Of a stretch of 64,000 nucleotides of DNA, positions 12,055-21,658 are shown one piece after another. Position 1 is the first letter of the stretch; the number at the start of each line of letters is the position of its first letter. The notes beneath the pieces were generated by a model. The model was not told the DNA's origin. It worked only from the letters and a program-made list of their open reading frames with translations, and did not search any database. Position numbers and translations under genes: made by a program. The DNA is from a plasmid, in the sequence record NZ_CP090684.1; one strand, written 5' to 3'.

Positions 12055-14640
12055 TTACGTGGCAGGCTCAGCTGCCGTGGCACTCTTGTCGAAAGGCTTG
12101 TAGGCCAGCAACCGCAGCGCGTTGGCAACCACGAGCAAGGTAGACCCCTCATGGAAGATGACCGCCGTACCGATGTTCAGCCCTAGCACGGTTGCCGGAA
12201 TCAGCACCGCCACGACGCCAAGACTCATCCACAGGTTCTGCTTGATGACGCGGCTCGTACTTCTCGACAGGCCCACAGCGAACGGCAATTGCGCCAGATC
12301 GTCGGCCATCAGTGCCACGTCGGCGGTCTCCAACGCAACATCGGAGCCTGCGGCACCCATCGCGATGCCCACGGTCGCGTTAGCCATGGCGGGTCCATCA
12401 TTGACGCCGTCTCCCACCATCGCCACCTTGCCGTGCTCGGTGCGCAGTTTCTTGATCTCCTCGACCTTCTGCTCGGGCATAAGGTCTCCTTGGGCCTCGG
12501 TCAGGCCAACGGTTTGCGCAACGGCCTCGGCCACCTTCTGGCTGTCGCCGGAAATCATAATTAGCCGCTCGATGCCGAGTTTCCTGAGTTCGCCCATGAC
12601 TCGGCCAGCGACGGGGCGCGGCGTGTCCATGACGCCGATCACGCCCAGGAAGCGCGCTCCCTTGCGGATGATCATCGTCGTATGTCCGTCGGCGATGAGT
12701 TTCTTGTTGGCCTCGTCGATGTCATCAGGGACGGTTGAATCAGACAGCTCCCTGAACAGAATCGGCTTGCCGATGTGGACAGTCTCGCCCCCTAACTGAG
12801 CCCGGACACCGCGCCCGGTGATGCTTTTGACATCCACAGCCTGCGGCAGATCGGTCTTGTCTCGCAGCCGTTCCTTCGCCCCGTTGACAATCGCCGCGGC
12901 GAGCGGGTGGTCGCTGTGTTCTTCCACCGCCAGCGCCACTGCCAGCAGTTCGTGCTCAGGCACGCCTTGAGCTGGGACCACCTCGGTGAGCTTCGGCTTC
13001 CCCTCGGTCAGCGTGCCGGTCTTGTCAAAGGCAATTGAGGTTAGCGTGCCCAGGTTCTCCAAAGGCCCACCACCCTTGACCAGCACACCGCTCCGCGCGG
13101 CGCGCGCTACGCCGCTGAGAACTGCACTGGGCACTGAGATTGCGAGCGCGCAGGGGCTGGCAGCCACCAACACGGCCATCGCCCTGTAGAAGGTGTGGGA
13201 GAATGGCTCATCGATAACAACACCAGCGCACAGCAGCAGACCGACCAACACCAGCACTGATGGCACGAAGATGCGCTCGAACTTCTCGGTGAACTGCTGT
13301 GTCGGCGAGCGCTGGGCCTCCGCCTCAGTGACCATCTTGATGACGCGCGCCATCGTCGACTGATCGGCCTTTCGGGCGACCATGATATCCATGGCGCCCG
13401 CGCCGTTGATCGTGCCGGCGAAGACGCGGCTCTCAGCCGCTACGCCCTCGAAGCGCCCGATTGTGATTCGGCCATCCTCGACGGGGCGCTTGTCGACTGG
13501 AACACTCTCGCCCGTGACCGGTGCCTGATTGACGCTGGAAGTGCCAACGACCACAACACCGTCCGCAGGCAGCCGCTCGTTGGGCTTCACGACGACGACG
13601 TCGCCTACTTCCAGCTTCTCCAGTGGCACAACCTCCGTCCCGGAATCGCGCCGCACCGTGGCCGTGTCAGGTGCAAGCTTGGTTAAGGCCTCGATGGCAC
13701 GCCGGGCCCTACCCATGGCGTAGTGCTCGAGCGAATGCCCAAGGCTGAAGAGGAACAGCAACAAAGCGCCTTCTCCCCAGGAGCCCAGAGCCGCGGCACC
13801 CGCAGCCGCTACGAGCATGAGCGTGTCGATCTCGAAACGCTTGGCACGCAGGTTCTCGATGGCTTCTTGGATGGTGTAGTAGCCGCCGAAGAAGTACGAA
13901 ACCACGTAGCAGTGGGTGGACAGCCATTCAAGACCGGTGCCGCGTCGCCCCACGAGCCATCCAGCCATCAGGAAGACTCCGGACAAGCAAGCAAAGATCA
14001 GCTCGGTCTTTTCGCCGAACAACCCGCCGTGTCGATGGCTGTGCTCGCCGCCCTCGTCTTTCCCGCAAGTGTGGTTGGCTCGCTGCAGCGCACGGTGGTC
14101 ATTGGCAGCCGCCTTATGCCCTGCCGTGCCGGAATCTGCGGATGCCTTGCAAGAGCGGACCGCCGTGGTCGGCTGAACAGCCGGCGTTGCCCAATTCACA
14201 GAGATATCGAGTAAGGTCAGGCGCTGCGTGAGATCGGACTCGTCAGTGAGGGAACGGTCGTATTCGATGCGGACAACGCCGCTTGGCGATACGTCGGCCT
14301 CAATGATCCCACCGAGTGAGCGCAGCTGCTCAGCAACACGCCTGGTGGCACGCACATGCATCGGCGCATTCACTCGTCCCACAATGTGCGCGAAGCGGCC
14401 CGCCACAGCGAGCCCTTCAGACCGAATCAGCTCACGCAGCCTGCTTAGTGAGATCACGGCGGGGTCGTAGTGCACACACAACTGCGGCTCTCCTTCAGCC
14501 GCGCCAGTGATATGAGCCCCTTCAATGCCAGGCCTGTCCGCCAGCTTGTCTTGCAGGCGGCTCACGCAGCGGTCTTCGGCGCCATATATGTCCGGCAGAA
14601 CCAACGGCAGATCCAGCCGCAGCTTCTGGATGTCGCTCAT
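12055..14640 (-). CDS. P1B-4-type heavy-metal translocating P-type ATPase (CzcP/CtpD-like, SPC motif)
   Basis: Track ORF 12055..15081. Motifs: AFDKTGTLTEGKP (DKTGT), GDGVNDGPAMA, HEGSTLLVVANALRL, and TM6 ASPCALAISVP (SPC, not CPC, hence the PIB-4 subgroup). Preferred start MSDIQKL (ATG ends 14640; GGAG 6 nt upstream); alternatives at 14658 or 14652. The N-terminus carries a degenerate HMA-like domain without CxxC. Confidence 0.85.
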   Translation of the reverse strand: MSDIQKLRLDLPLVLPDIYGAEDRCVSRLQDKLADRPGIEGAHITGAAEGEPQLCVHYDPAVISLSRLRELIRSEGLAVAGRFAHIVGRVNAPMHVRATRRVAEQLRSLGGIIEADVSPSGVVRIEYDRSLTDESDLTQRLTLLDISVNWATPAVQPTTAVRSCKASADSGTAGHKAAANDHRALQRANHTCGKDEGGEHSHRHGGLFGEKTELIFACLSGVFLMAGWLVGRRGTGLEWLSTHCYVVSYFFGGYYTIQEAIENLRAKRFEIDTLMLVAAAGAAALGSWGEGALLLFLFSLGHSLEHYAMGRARRAIEALTKLAPDTATVRRDSGTEVVPLEKLEVGDVVVVKPNERLPADGVVVVGTSSVNQAPVTGESVPVDKRPVEDGRITIGRFEGVAAESRVFAGTINGAGAMDIMVARKADQSTMARVIKMVTEAEAQRSPTQQFTEKFERIFVPSVLVLVGLLLCAGVVIDEPFSHTFYRAMAVLVAASPCALAISVPSAVLSGVARAARSGVLVKGGGPLENLGTLTSIAFDKTGTLTEGKPKLTEVVPAQGVPEHELLAVALAVEEHSDHPLAAAIVNGAKERLRDKTDLPQAVDVKSITGRGVRAQLGGETVHIGKPILFRELSDSTVPDDIDEANKKLIADGHTTMIIRKGARFLGVIGVMDTPRPVAGRVMGELRKLGIERLIMISGDSQKVAEAVAQTVGLTEAQGDLMPEQKVEEIKKLRTEHGKVAMVGDGVNDGPAMANATVGIAMGAAGSDVALETADVALMADDLAQLPFAVGLSRSTSRVIKQNLWMSLGVVAVLIPATVLGLNIGTAVIFHEGSTLLVVANALRLLAYKPFDKSATAAEPAT

Positions 14641-14854
14641 GAACGGCTCCATTTTCATACAAATGGCCAGCCGGCCCGGAAGGTTCACCGGCCACCAGGG
14701 TGCTCCATCAGCAAGAGAGTCTATCAGTCCGTTCCAATCGCCGGCAAATAGCGCCGGCTGCGCTGCCCGAAGCAGATGCTCCGAGCTGAGATCAGGATAC
14801 CAATCAATCAGATAGGGGCCGACGTCGCGCGGGTCAGGACGTGAAATTCGCCAA

Positions 14855-14941
14855 CTTCCATTACGTCCAGTCTCTTCCGGTCCGTGACCCGAACGGGTTA
14901 TGGCGCCCCCCGCGTCTCGTCTAATCCCTCGCTGACAGGTT
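14855..14941. repeat. 87-bp direct repeat, copy 1 (copy 2 at 31164..31250; 86/87 identical)
   Basis: cttccattacgtccagtctcttccggtccgtgacccgaacgggttatggcgccc(c/t)ccgcgtctcgtctaatccctcgctgacaggtt occurs at both places in the same orientation, and the flanks differ completely. Confidence 0.85.
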
Positions 14942-15185
14942 GAAGGTCGGCCGGGATAAGCACTTATGCGAAGGTTCGCATATTCACGAATCCCGGCGGA
15001 CCCTCTACTAACTGTTACACGATGGTAAGTCGTTGTTTTGGTATGCACTTCCACTACGAACAGTTTGCCGCTCGCCAACATCGGAGCGCTCTAATTTTTG
15101 CCGTAGGTGCCCGCATCGCTCGAGTTTGCGCCCGACAAGGGGCCGCGGTTCGACACTATCAAATCCAGGCATTCCAATGCAGGGC

Positions 15186-15225
15186 CGAAATATCGACCGA
15201 TTTCTTTCCTGCTTTCGATATTTCG
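15186..15225. promoter_or_regulatory. Candidate ArsR operator: 11-bp inverted repeat CGAAATATCGA-N18-TCGATATTTCG ending 15 bp before the arsR ATG
   Basis: Seen in sequence. Metalloregulator operators of the ArsR/SmtB family are imperfect IRs overlapping the promoter. Confidence 0.4.
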
Positions 15226-15239
15226 ACTACTATTGAAAC

Positions 15240-15575
15240 ATGGAAACAAACCAAACCATTGCCGCCCTCGCGGCACTCGCCCACGAATCCCGGCTCGCCG
15301 TCTTTCGTGCACTCGTGCAAGCGGGGCCGGAGGGCATGCCGGCCGGGCAGATCGCCACGCTGCTGGACGTGCCGCCGTCGTCGCTTTCCTTTCATCTGAA
15401 GGAACTGGCGCATGCACAACTCGTCACCAGCCGCCAGGAAGGCCGCTTCGTCTTCTACTGCGCGAACTTCGCCACGATGAACGGCCTGTTGGCTTACCTC
15501 ACGGAGAACTGCTGCGGCGGCAATCCCTGCTCGCCTGCGGGCGCGTGTTCCCCGGTCAAGGAGCAACACTCATGA
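15240..15575 (+). CDS. arsR: ArsR/SmtB-family arsenic-responsive repressor with C-terminal Cys cluster
   Basis: wHTH (LLDVPPSSLSFHLKELAHAQLV) without the canonical ELCVCDL site; C-terminal ENCCGGNPCSPAGACSP resembles AfArsR-type As(III) sites. Confidence 0.9.
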   Translation: METNQTIAALAALAHESRLAVFRALVQAGPEGMPAGQIATLLDVPPSSLSFHLKELAHAQLVTSRQEGRFVFYCANFATMNGLLAYLTENCCGGNPCSPAGACSPVKEQHS

Positions 15576-16051
15576 AGCGCTTCCATGTGCACATCAGCGT
15601 GCCGGATCTCGTTGACAGCATCCGTTTCTATTCGGCGCTGTTCGCCGCTGAGCCGACCGTCGTCAAGAGCGACTACGCGAAATGGATGCTCGACGATCCT
15701 CGCGTCGACTTCGCGATCTCGCAGCGCGGCGCGGCGCCCGGTCTAGATCATCTTGGCGTGCAGGTCGAAAACGATGCCGAGCTGGCGGAGATGCATACGC
15801 GCTTGAACGGCGCCGCGCTGCCGGTCGACGAGCAAATCGGTACGGCGTGCTGCTACGCCCGCTCCGACAAGTACTGGACGGTCGACCCGCAAGGCATCGC
15901 ATGGGAAACGTACCAGACGCTCGGCGACGTCCCCACCTTCGGCGAATCCCGTAACGCGTCGGCGGCTGAATCGAATGCCGACGCTTCTGCTTGCTGTTCC
16001 CCTGCACGCGGCAAGCCGATCGGCGTGCCGGTGAAATCGTCCTGCTGCTGA
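15572..16051 (+). CDS. arsI: ArsI-like C-As lyase / glyoxalase (VOC) family protein
   Basis: Within track ORF 15107..16051; ATG at 15572 after AGGAG, overlapping the arsR stop (ATGA). VOC fold with the vicinal Cys pair IGTACCYARSDKYWTVDPQG, as in characterised ArsI (TCCYA motif, recalled). Confidence 0.65.
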   Translation: MKRFHVHISVPDLVDSIRFYSALFAAEPTVVKSDYAKWMLDDPRVDFAISQRGAAPGLDHLGVQVENDAELAEMHTRLNGAALPVDEQIGTACCYARSDKYWTVDPQGIAWETYQTLGDVPTFGESRNASAAESNADASACCSPARGKPIGVPVKSSCC

Positions 16052-16060
16052 GGTCCAACC

Positions 16061-16555
16061 ATGAGCGACAAGCCCTACAACGTGCTGTTCATCTGTACCG
16101 GCAATTCCGCCCGATCGATCCTGTCCGAGGGACTGATGAACCGCCTTGGCGAGGGCCGCTTCGTGGCGTACTCGGCGGGCAGTCATCCGAAAGGCGAGGT
16201 GAATCCGTTCGCGCTGCGCGAGCTGGCGCGTTGGCAATTGCCGACCGAAGGCTACCGGAGCAAGAGCTGGGACGAATTCGCGGCACCCGGCGCACCGGCG
16301 CTCGATTTCGTCTTCACCGTGTGCGACAAGGCCACCGGCGAGGTGTGCCCGATCTGGCCCGGTCAACCGATCACCGCACATTGGGGTGTGCCTGACCCGG
16401 CCGACGTCGAGGGCTCCGACGAACAGAAACAGCAGGCCATGCACGACGCCGCGCTGACGTTGAAGCGTCGTATCGACCTGCTGCTGTCATTGCCGCTCGC
16501 CAAACTCGACAACGTCGCACTGCAAAAGTCCCTGACCGAGATCGGGCAAAAGTAA
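16061..16555 (+). CDS. arsC: Arsenate reductase, LMW-PTP / thioredoxin-coupled type
   Basis: P-loop LFICTGNSARSIL (CX5R), downstream Cys (TVCDKATGEVCP) and the AHWGVPDP motif. Confidence 0.85.
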   Translation: MSDKPYNVLFICTGNSARSILSEGLMNRLGEGRFVAYSAGSHPKGEVNPFALRELARWQLPTEGYRSKSWDEFAAPGAPALDFVFTVCDKATGEVCPIWPGQPITAHWGVPDPADVEGSDEQKQQAMHDAALTLKRRIDLLLSLPLAKLDNVALQKSLTEIGQK

Positions 16556-16572
16556 CTTTGGATCGTCAACCC

Positions 16573-17067
16573 ATGACCACGAACGTACTGATCCTCTGCA
16601 CCCACAACTCGGCGCGCAGCGTGCTGTCCGAAGGGATGCTCAATCATTGGGCCGCGAAGCTCGGCAAGGACGTCCGCGCATACAGCGCCGGCAGTGCGCC
16701 GAGCGGTCGCCTCAATCCGTTCGCGCTGGAAGCGCTGACGACCGCTGGCGTCGACGTGAGCGGCTACCGCAGCAAGAGCTGGGACGAGTTCGTCGGCGAT
16801 GGTGCGCCGGAGATGCGCGTCGTCATTACGGTGTGCGACAGCGCGGCCGCCGAGACGTGCCCGTACTGGCCCGGCAGCCCCGTCAAAGTGCATTGGGGCT
16901 ACGCCGATCCGTCGAACGCGTTGGGCGGCGACGAAGGCAAGCGACTCGCCTTCGAACTCACGCGCCAGGCGATCGGCTATCGCATGCTGCAGTTGTTGGC
17001 GCTGCCGCTTGATCGCATGAGCAATGCCGAACTCCAGACGGCGTTGACCGAGATCTCGCAAAACTGA
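16573..17067 (+). CDS. arsC: Second tandem LMW-PTP-type arsenate reductase / phosphatase paralog
   Basis: Within track ORF 16558..17067 (TTG); ATG at 16573. LILCTHNSARSVL P-loop, TVCDSAAAETCP, VHWGYADP. Confidence 0.8.
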   Translation: MTTNVLILCTHNSARSVLSEGMLNHWAAKLGKDVRAYSAGSAPSGRLNPFALEALTTAGVDVSGYRSKSWDEFVGDGAPEMRVVITVCDSAAAETCPYWPGSPVKVHWGYADPSNALGGDEGKRLAFELTRQAIGYRMLQLLALPLDRMSNAELQTALTEISQN

Positions 17068-17130
17068 CCATTCGCATGGCGGTCCGCTGAACCGCGCGGC
17101 CGCCGACGACTTCAAGACTGAACCCTATCC

Positions 17131-18204
17131 ATGAACACGTCCAATGTCGCCCCGCCGGGCAAGGCCGTCGCAAAGCCTTCCATCAATTTCTTCGAACGCT
17201 ACCTCACCGTCTGGGTGGCGCTGTGCATCGTCGCCGGCATCACGCTCGGCCAGGTGCTGCCCGGCCTGTTCCAGCAGATCGGGCGGATGGAATATGCCCA
17301 GATCAATCTCCCGGTCGGGCTGCTGATTTGGGTGATGATCATCCCGATGCTGGTCAAGGTCGACTTTGGCGCGCTGCATGAAGTGCGTCAGCACGTCAAA
17401 GGCATCGGCGTCACGCTCGTCGTCAACTGGCTCGTCAAGCCATTTTCGATGGCGTTTCTCGGTTGGTTGTTCATCCGCCATCTGTTCGCGCCGATGCTGC
17501 CGACGGACCAGCTCGACAGCTACATCGCCGGCCTGATCCTGTTGGCCGCAGCACCGTGTACGGCGATGGTGTTCGTGTGGAGTCGACTGACGGGCGGCGA
17601 TCCGCTGTTCACGTTGTCGCAGGTCGCGCTGAACGACAGCATCATGGTGATCGCCTTCGCGCCACTGGTCGGCCTGCTGCTCGGCATGTCCGCAATCACG
17701 GTGCCGTGGGCGACGTTGCTTACGTCCGTCGTGCTCTACATCGTTATCCCGGTGATCATTGCGCAGATCCTGCGTAAGCGGCTGCTCGCGAATGGTCAGG
17801 CTGCATTCGATGCCGCGATGGCGAGGATCGGCCCTTGGTCGATCGCGGCGCTGCTGGCCACGCTTGTGCTGCTGTTCGCGTTCCAGGGCGAAGCGATCCT
17901 GAAGCAGCCTCTGGTGATCGCGCTGCTCGCGGTGCCGATCCTGATTCAAGTGTTCTTCAACTCGGCGCTCGCGTACTGGCTCAACCGCGCCGTAGGCGAG
18001 AAGCACAACATCGCGTGCCCGTCGGCGCTGATCGGCGCATCCAACTTCTTCGAGCTTGCCGTCGCGGCCGCGATCAGCCTGTTCGGTTTCCATTCCGGCG
18101 CGGCACTGGCTACCGTCGTCGGCGTGCTGATCGAGGTGCCGGTCATGCTGTTGGTGGTGCGCATCGTCAACCAGTCGAAGGGCTGGTACGAGTGCCGGAC
18201 CTGA
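17131..18204 (+). CDS. acr3: ACR3-family arsenite efflux permease
   Basis: 10-TM BART-superfamily profile. LILLAAAPCTAMVFVW contains the conserved Cys of Acr3. Confidence 0.9.
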   Translation: MNTSNVAPPGKAVAKPSINFFERYLTVWVALCIVAGITLGQVLPGLFQQIGRMEYAQINLPVGLLIWVMIIPMLVKVDFGALHEVRQHVKGIGVTLVVNWLVKPFSMAFLGWLFIRHLFAPMLPTDQLDSYIAGLILLAAAPCTAMVFVWSRLTGGDPLFTLSQVALNDSIMVIAFAPLVGLLLGMSAITVPWATLLTSVVLYIVIPVIIAQILRKRLLANGQAAFDAAMARIGPWSIAALLATLVLLFAFQGEAILKQPLVIALLAVPILIQVFFNSALAYWLNRAVGEKHNIACPSALIGASNFFELAVAAAISLFGFHSGAALATVVGVLIEVPVMLLVVRIVNQSKGWYECRT

Positions 18205-18205
18205 C

Positions 18206-19438
18206 ATGTCCACGCATGCACCCCGCCCGCACGCATGGCTGACGCCGTCGCTCGGGCTGACGCAGATCGTCGGCTGGGGTTCCATGTTTTACGCGTACGG
18301 CGTCCTGATGCAACCGATGCAGGACGAGCTGGGTCTGTCGAAGCCAGTCGTCGTCGGCGCCTATTCGGTGGCGCTGCTGATCTCGGGGCTGTTGTCCACG
18401 TCGGCCGGCAGCATCATCGACCGCGTCGGCGGGCGCGCCCTGATGGCGGGCGGATCGTTGCTGGCGGCGCTGATGCTTGTCTGCTTGTCACGGGTGAATA
18501 ACGTGGTCGGGCTGTATCTCGTGTGGGCCGGCATCGGCGTTGCGATGAGCGCAACTCTCTACCAGCCTGCGTTCACCGTCATCACGCAGATATTCGGTAA
18601 CGACTACCGCCGCGCGATCACGCACCTGACCTTGTTCGGCGGTTTCGCCAGCACGGTGTTCTGGCCGCTGACGCAAACGCTGTTGCAGCACGTCGGATGG
18701 CGCGACACATGGCAGCTCTATGCCGGCGCGAATCTGGCGATCTGCGTGCCCGTGCATGTCGCGCTGCCAAGTCGTTCACACGCACCGCATGGCGTGACGC
18801 CAACGCAAACGGAACAGCCGGCCGCTAACCTTGGCGCTGTCCTGCGCGACCCGGCCTTCTATCTGGTGACCGCGGCGGTCACGCTCAATGCGCTGGTGTT
18901 CGCCGCGATGTCGCTGCACATGATCGCGGTCTTGCAGGCGCATGGCATTTCCGCCGCGAACGCGGCATGGGTGGGGGCGCTGGTTGGGCCGATGCAGGTT
19001 CTCGGCCGCGTGCTGGAAACGACGATCGGCAAACGCGCGAGCACGCGCCAGGTCGGCATGGCCGCGATGGCGTTGCTGCCGCTTTCGCTGGTCCTGCTCT
19101 TTGCGTCCGGGACGTGGCTGCCCGTGTACGTTGTTTTCGCGGCGCTGTATGGCATCGGCAACGGCGTCATGACGATTGTCCGCGGTGCATTGCCTGCGGA
19201 ACTGTACGGGCGAACCGCCTATGGCGCGATCAGCGGGGCGATGGCGACGCCCGTGCAGATTGCCATCGCCGCCGGTCCGTTCGTTGCATCACTCCTGTAT
19301 GTCGCCGGGAACGGCTATCCCGGCACGCTATTGGCCCTGGCCGGCATCGGCGCGACAGGTGCGATCCTGTTCCGCTACGCGATCTTGCATTTGCGCCATC
19401 ACGCTGTCCCTCTATCGAAGCAAGGAATCTCGACATGA
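18206..19438 (+). CDS. MFS transporter embedded in the ars operon (ArsK/ArsJ-like organoarsenical or arsenite exporter candidate)
   Basis: 12-TM MFS profile, immediately after acr3 (2-nt gap), and its stop overlaps the next arsC start (ATGA). No adjacent gapdh, so ArsJ coupling is not supported. Confidence 0.7.
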   Translation: MSTHAPRPHAWLTPSLGLTQIVGWGSMFYAYGVLMQPMQDELGLSKPVVVGAYSVALLISGLLSTSAGSIIDRVGGRALMAGGSLLAALMLVCLSRVNNVVGLYLVWAGIGVAMSATLYQPAFTVITQIFGNDYRRAITHLTLFGGFASTVFWPLTQTLLQHVGWRDTWQLYAGANLAICVPVHVALPSRSHAPHGVTPTQTEQPAANLGAVLRDPAFYLVTAAVTLNALVFAAMSLHMIAVLQAHGISAANAAWVGALVGPMQVLGRVLETTIGKRASTRQVGMAAMALLPLSLVLLFASGTWLPVYVVFAALYGIGNGVMTIVRGALPAELYGRTAYGAISGAMATPVQIAIAAGPFVASLLYVAGNGYPGTLLALAGIGATGAILFRYAILHLRHHAVPLSKQGIST

Positions 19439-19857
19439 GCAACATCACGATCTATCACAACCCGGATTGCGGCACGTCGCGCAACGCGCTGGCCCTGATC
19501 CGCAACAGCGGCGAGGAGCCTGTCGTCATCGAGTATCTCAGGACGCCCCCGTCGCGGGAAACGCTGGTCAAGCTGCTGGCCGATGCCGGCCTGACCGTAC
19601 GCGAGTTACTGCGGGAGAAAGGCACGCCTTATGCGGAACTCGGTCTGGGCGATCCGAAGTGGACCGATGAGCAACTGCTCGACTTCATCGGGCAGCATCC
19701 GATCCTGATGAACCGGCCGATCGTGGTTACGCCGATCGGCACGAAGCTATGCCGGCCGTCCGAAGCCGTGCTGGATATCCTGCCGAACCCGCAGACGGGG
19801 CCTTTCACCAAGGAAGATGGCGAAGTCGTGATCGATGCGGAGGGCAAGCGTGTCTGA
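19435..19857 (+). CDS. arsC: Arsenate reductase, glutaredoxin-coupled (R773 ArsC/Spx family)
   Basis: Tail of track ORF 18967..19857; ATG at 19435 overlapping the MFS stop. [17 protein letters not shown] with catalytic Cys12. Confidence 0.85.
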   Translation: MSNITIYHNPDCGTSRNALALIRNSGEEPVVIEYLRTPPSRETLVKLLADAGLTVRELLREKGTPYAELGLGDPKWTDEQLLDFIGQHPILMNRPIVVTPIGTKLCRPSEAVLDILPNPQTGPFTKEDGEVVIDAEGKRV

Positions 19858-20572
19858 GCAATTGAACGACATGCCGCAGCTCGACGCCACGCTGTTCCGC
19901 GTGCCGGACGCCGCTCAATTGCGGCCGGCGACACCGTCGACGCATCCGCCTCGACTCCTGCTTCTGTACGGCTCGCTGCGCGAGCGTTCGTTCAGCCGTC
20001 TGCTGGTCGAGGAAGCCGAGCATTTGCTCACGGCGATGGGGGCCGAAGTCCGTGTGTTCAATCCGAGCGGCTTGCCGCTGCCCGATGATGCGCCGGAAAG
20101 CCATCCGAAGGTGGTCGAGCTGCGCGAGCTGGTGATATGGTCGGAAGGCATGGTGTGGTGCTCGCCGGAACGACACGGCGCGATGACGGGGATCATGAAA
20201 TCGCAGATCGACTGGATTCCGTTGTCGGTCGGCGCAGTCCGGCCGACGCAGGGCAAGACGCTTGCGGTGATGCAAGTCAGCGGCGGTTCGCAGTCGTTCA
20301 ACGCCGTGAACCAGATGCGCGTGCTCGGACGCTGGATGCGCATGCTGACCATCCCGAACCAGTCGTCGGTGGCCAAGGCGTTCGCGGAATTCGACGAAGC
20401 GGGTCGGATGAAACCATCGCCCTACTACGATCGTGTTGTCGATGTCATGGAAGAGCTGGTCAAGTTCACTCTGCTGACCCGAGATATCGGCCCGTATCTG
20501 GTCGACCGGTACAGCGAGCGAAAGGAAAGCGCCGAGGAACTGTCGAAGCGCGTGAACCAGCGAAGTATCTAG
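19835..20572 (+). CDS. arsH: ArsH, NADPH-dependent FMN reductase (organoarsenical oxidase)
   Basis: [16 protein letters not shown] flavodoxin-like P-loop, ...[13 protein letters not shown].... Start ambiguous: ATG 19835, in-frame GTG 19850 or ATG 19871. It overlaps the arsC 3' end. Confidence 0.85.
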   Translation: MRRASVSEQLNDMPQLDATLFRVPDAAQLRPATPSTHPPRLLLLYGSLRERSFSRLLVEEAEHLLTAMGAEVRVFNPSGLPLPDDAPESHPKVVELRELVIWSEGMVWCSPERHGAMTGIMKSQIDWIPLSVGAVRPTQGKTLAVMQVSGGSQSFNAVNQMRVLGRWMRMLTIPNQSSVAKAFAEFDEAGRMKPSPYYDRVVDVMEELVKFTLLTRDIGPYLVDRYSERKESAEELSKRVNQRSI

Positions 20573-20593
20573 AATCCGGTCCAAGGAGTAAGG

Positions 20594-21022
20594 ATGGAGA
20601 TCCGCCCCGCCACTGTCGACGACCTAGCGTCGATCGAAACGCTGCTGCGTCAATGTGGCCTTCCCGTCGTTGGCGTCAGCGACCACTTGCGGAACTTCGT
20701 AGTCGCGACGGAAGGTTCAATGATGTGCGGATGCGGTGGCCTTGAGCACTATGGTGACGCCGCACTTGTGCGCTCTATTGCGGTAGCTGAACGTGCACGC
20801 GATTCTGGTCCGGGGCAACGTATCGTGTCGCGGCTCGTCGCCGAGTGTCATGCGCTACAAGTTCGGTCGCTTGTGCTGCTCACCACGACCGCGGAGCACT
20901 ATTTCACCCGTCTAGGGTTCGTGCGCGTTGCGCGTGGCGACGTAATGCCCTTGGTGTTGGCGTCGAGCCAATTCCAAGGCGTATGTCCGGGATCGGCCGT
21001 CTCGATGTTGCGAGTTCTGTAG
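20594..21022 (+). CDS. GNAT-family N-acetyltransferase at the end of the ars operon (ArsN2-like candidate)
   Basis: 142 aa with a GNAT fold pattern (acetyl-CoA binding region RIVSRLVAECHALQVRSLVLLTT). The ArsN assignment rests on position only. Confidence 0.55.
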   Translation: MEIRPATVDDLASIETLLRQCGLPVVGVSDHLRNFVVATEGSMMCGCGGLEHYGDAALVRSIAVAERARDSGPGQRIVSRLVAECHALQVRSLVLLTTTAEHYFTRLGFVRVARGDVMPLVLASSQFQGVCPGSAVSMLRVL

Positions 21023-21111
21023 CCATTGACGGGAGCACCAAGGGATCGGTCCGACAAGGGGGATCTGCTTGCCTTCGATGCGATTTACCGGTGGTCGCCC
21101 CCGGTCAAAGA

Positions 21112-21507
21112 TTATTGGCTGCCGTATTTCGCTTGCCAGCGCTTCATCTTCGTAATTTCTTCCTTTTGTGCTTTGACGATGCTTCGGGCAAGCCTTCTCA
21201 TCTCAGGATCCTTGCCGTACTTCAGTTCGGCTGCCGCCATATCGATTGCGCCTTGATGGTGCGGAATCATGTGGGAAACAAAATCTTTGTCAGCGTCGCC
21301 GGTGTAGGTCTGTCCTTGCATCCTTCGCATCATCCTCTGGTCTGCACCCTTGAAGGCTTGTACAGACGCCGAATTAGCTTTAGTCGACTGCCCCATATTC
21401 ATGTCTGGCATGGACGTGGCTTGCTGAGCACTCGTTGTACCGATCATCAGGCCGAGCGTTGCAATTACGTTGATGACGAACCACGGGATGGAAATTCGCG
21501 TTTGCAT
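21112..21507 (-). CDS. DUF305-family periplasmic protein (metal-stress associated)
   Basis: Track ORF 21112..21618; start MQTRISIPWFVINVIATLGLMIGTTSAQQ (ATG ends 21507, AGGAGG upstream). Hallmark FVSHMIPHHQGAIDMA. Confidence 0.8.
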   Translation of the reverse strand: MQTRISIPWFVINVIATLGLMIGTTSAQQATSMPDMNMGQSTKANSASVQAFKGADQRMMRRMQGQTYTGDADKDFVSHMIPHHQGAIDMAAAELKYGKDPEMRRLARSIVKAQKEEITKMKRWQAKYGSQ

Positions 21508-21658
21508 ATTTACCTCCTGATGCATAAAAATTATGCTTTCGGGAAACGAACAATTTTTGCTGGTCGAACTTTTTCCACTTTCGACACTGATTCGAGGCTT
21601 CATGACGGCGCAATCCACGCTCCTGTGCCGCGCACTAGTACCCCTTCGAGGAGAATCC

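Noticed and set aside
12055-15081. Full 1008-aa version of the P-type ATPase starting at 15081
   Set aside because: The N-terminal 147 codons run through the 87-bp repeat and an arsH-like remnant and begin at a non-ATG codon; internal ATG 14640 with a GGAG SD gives a normal PIB-4 length.
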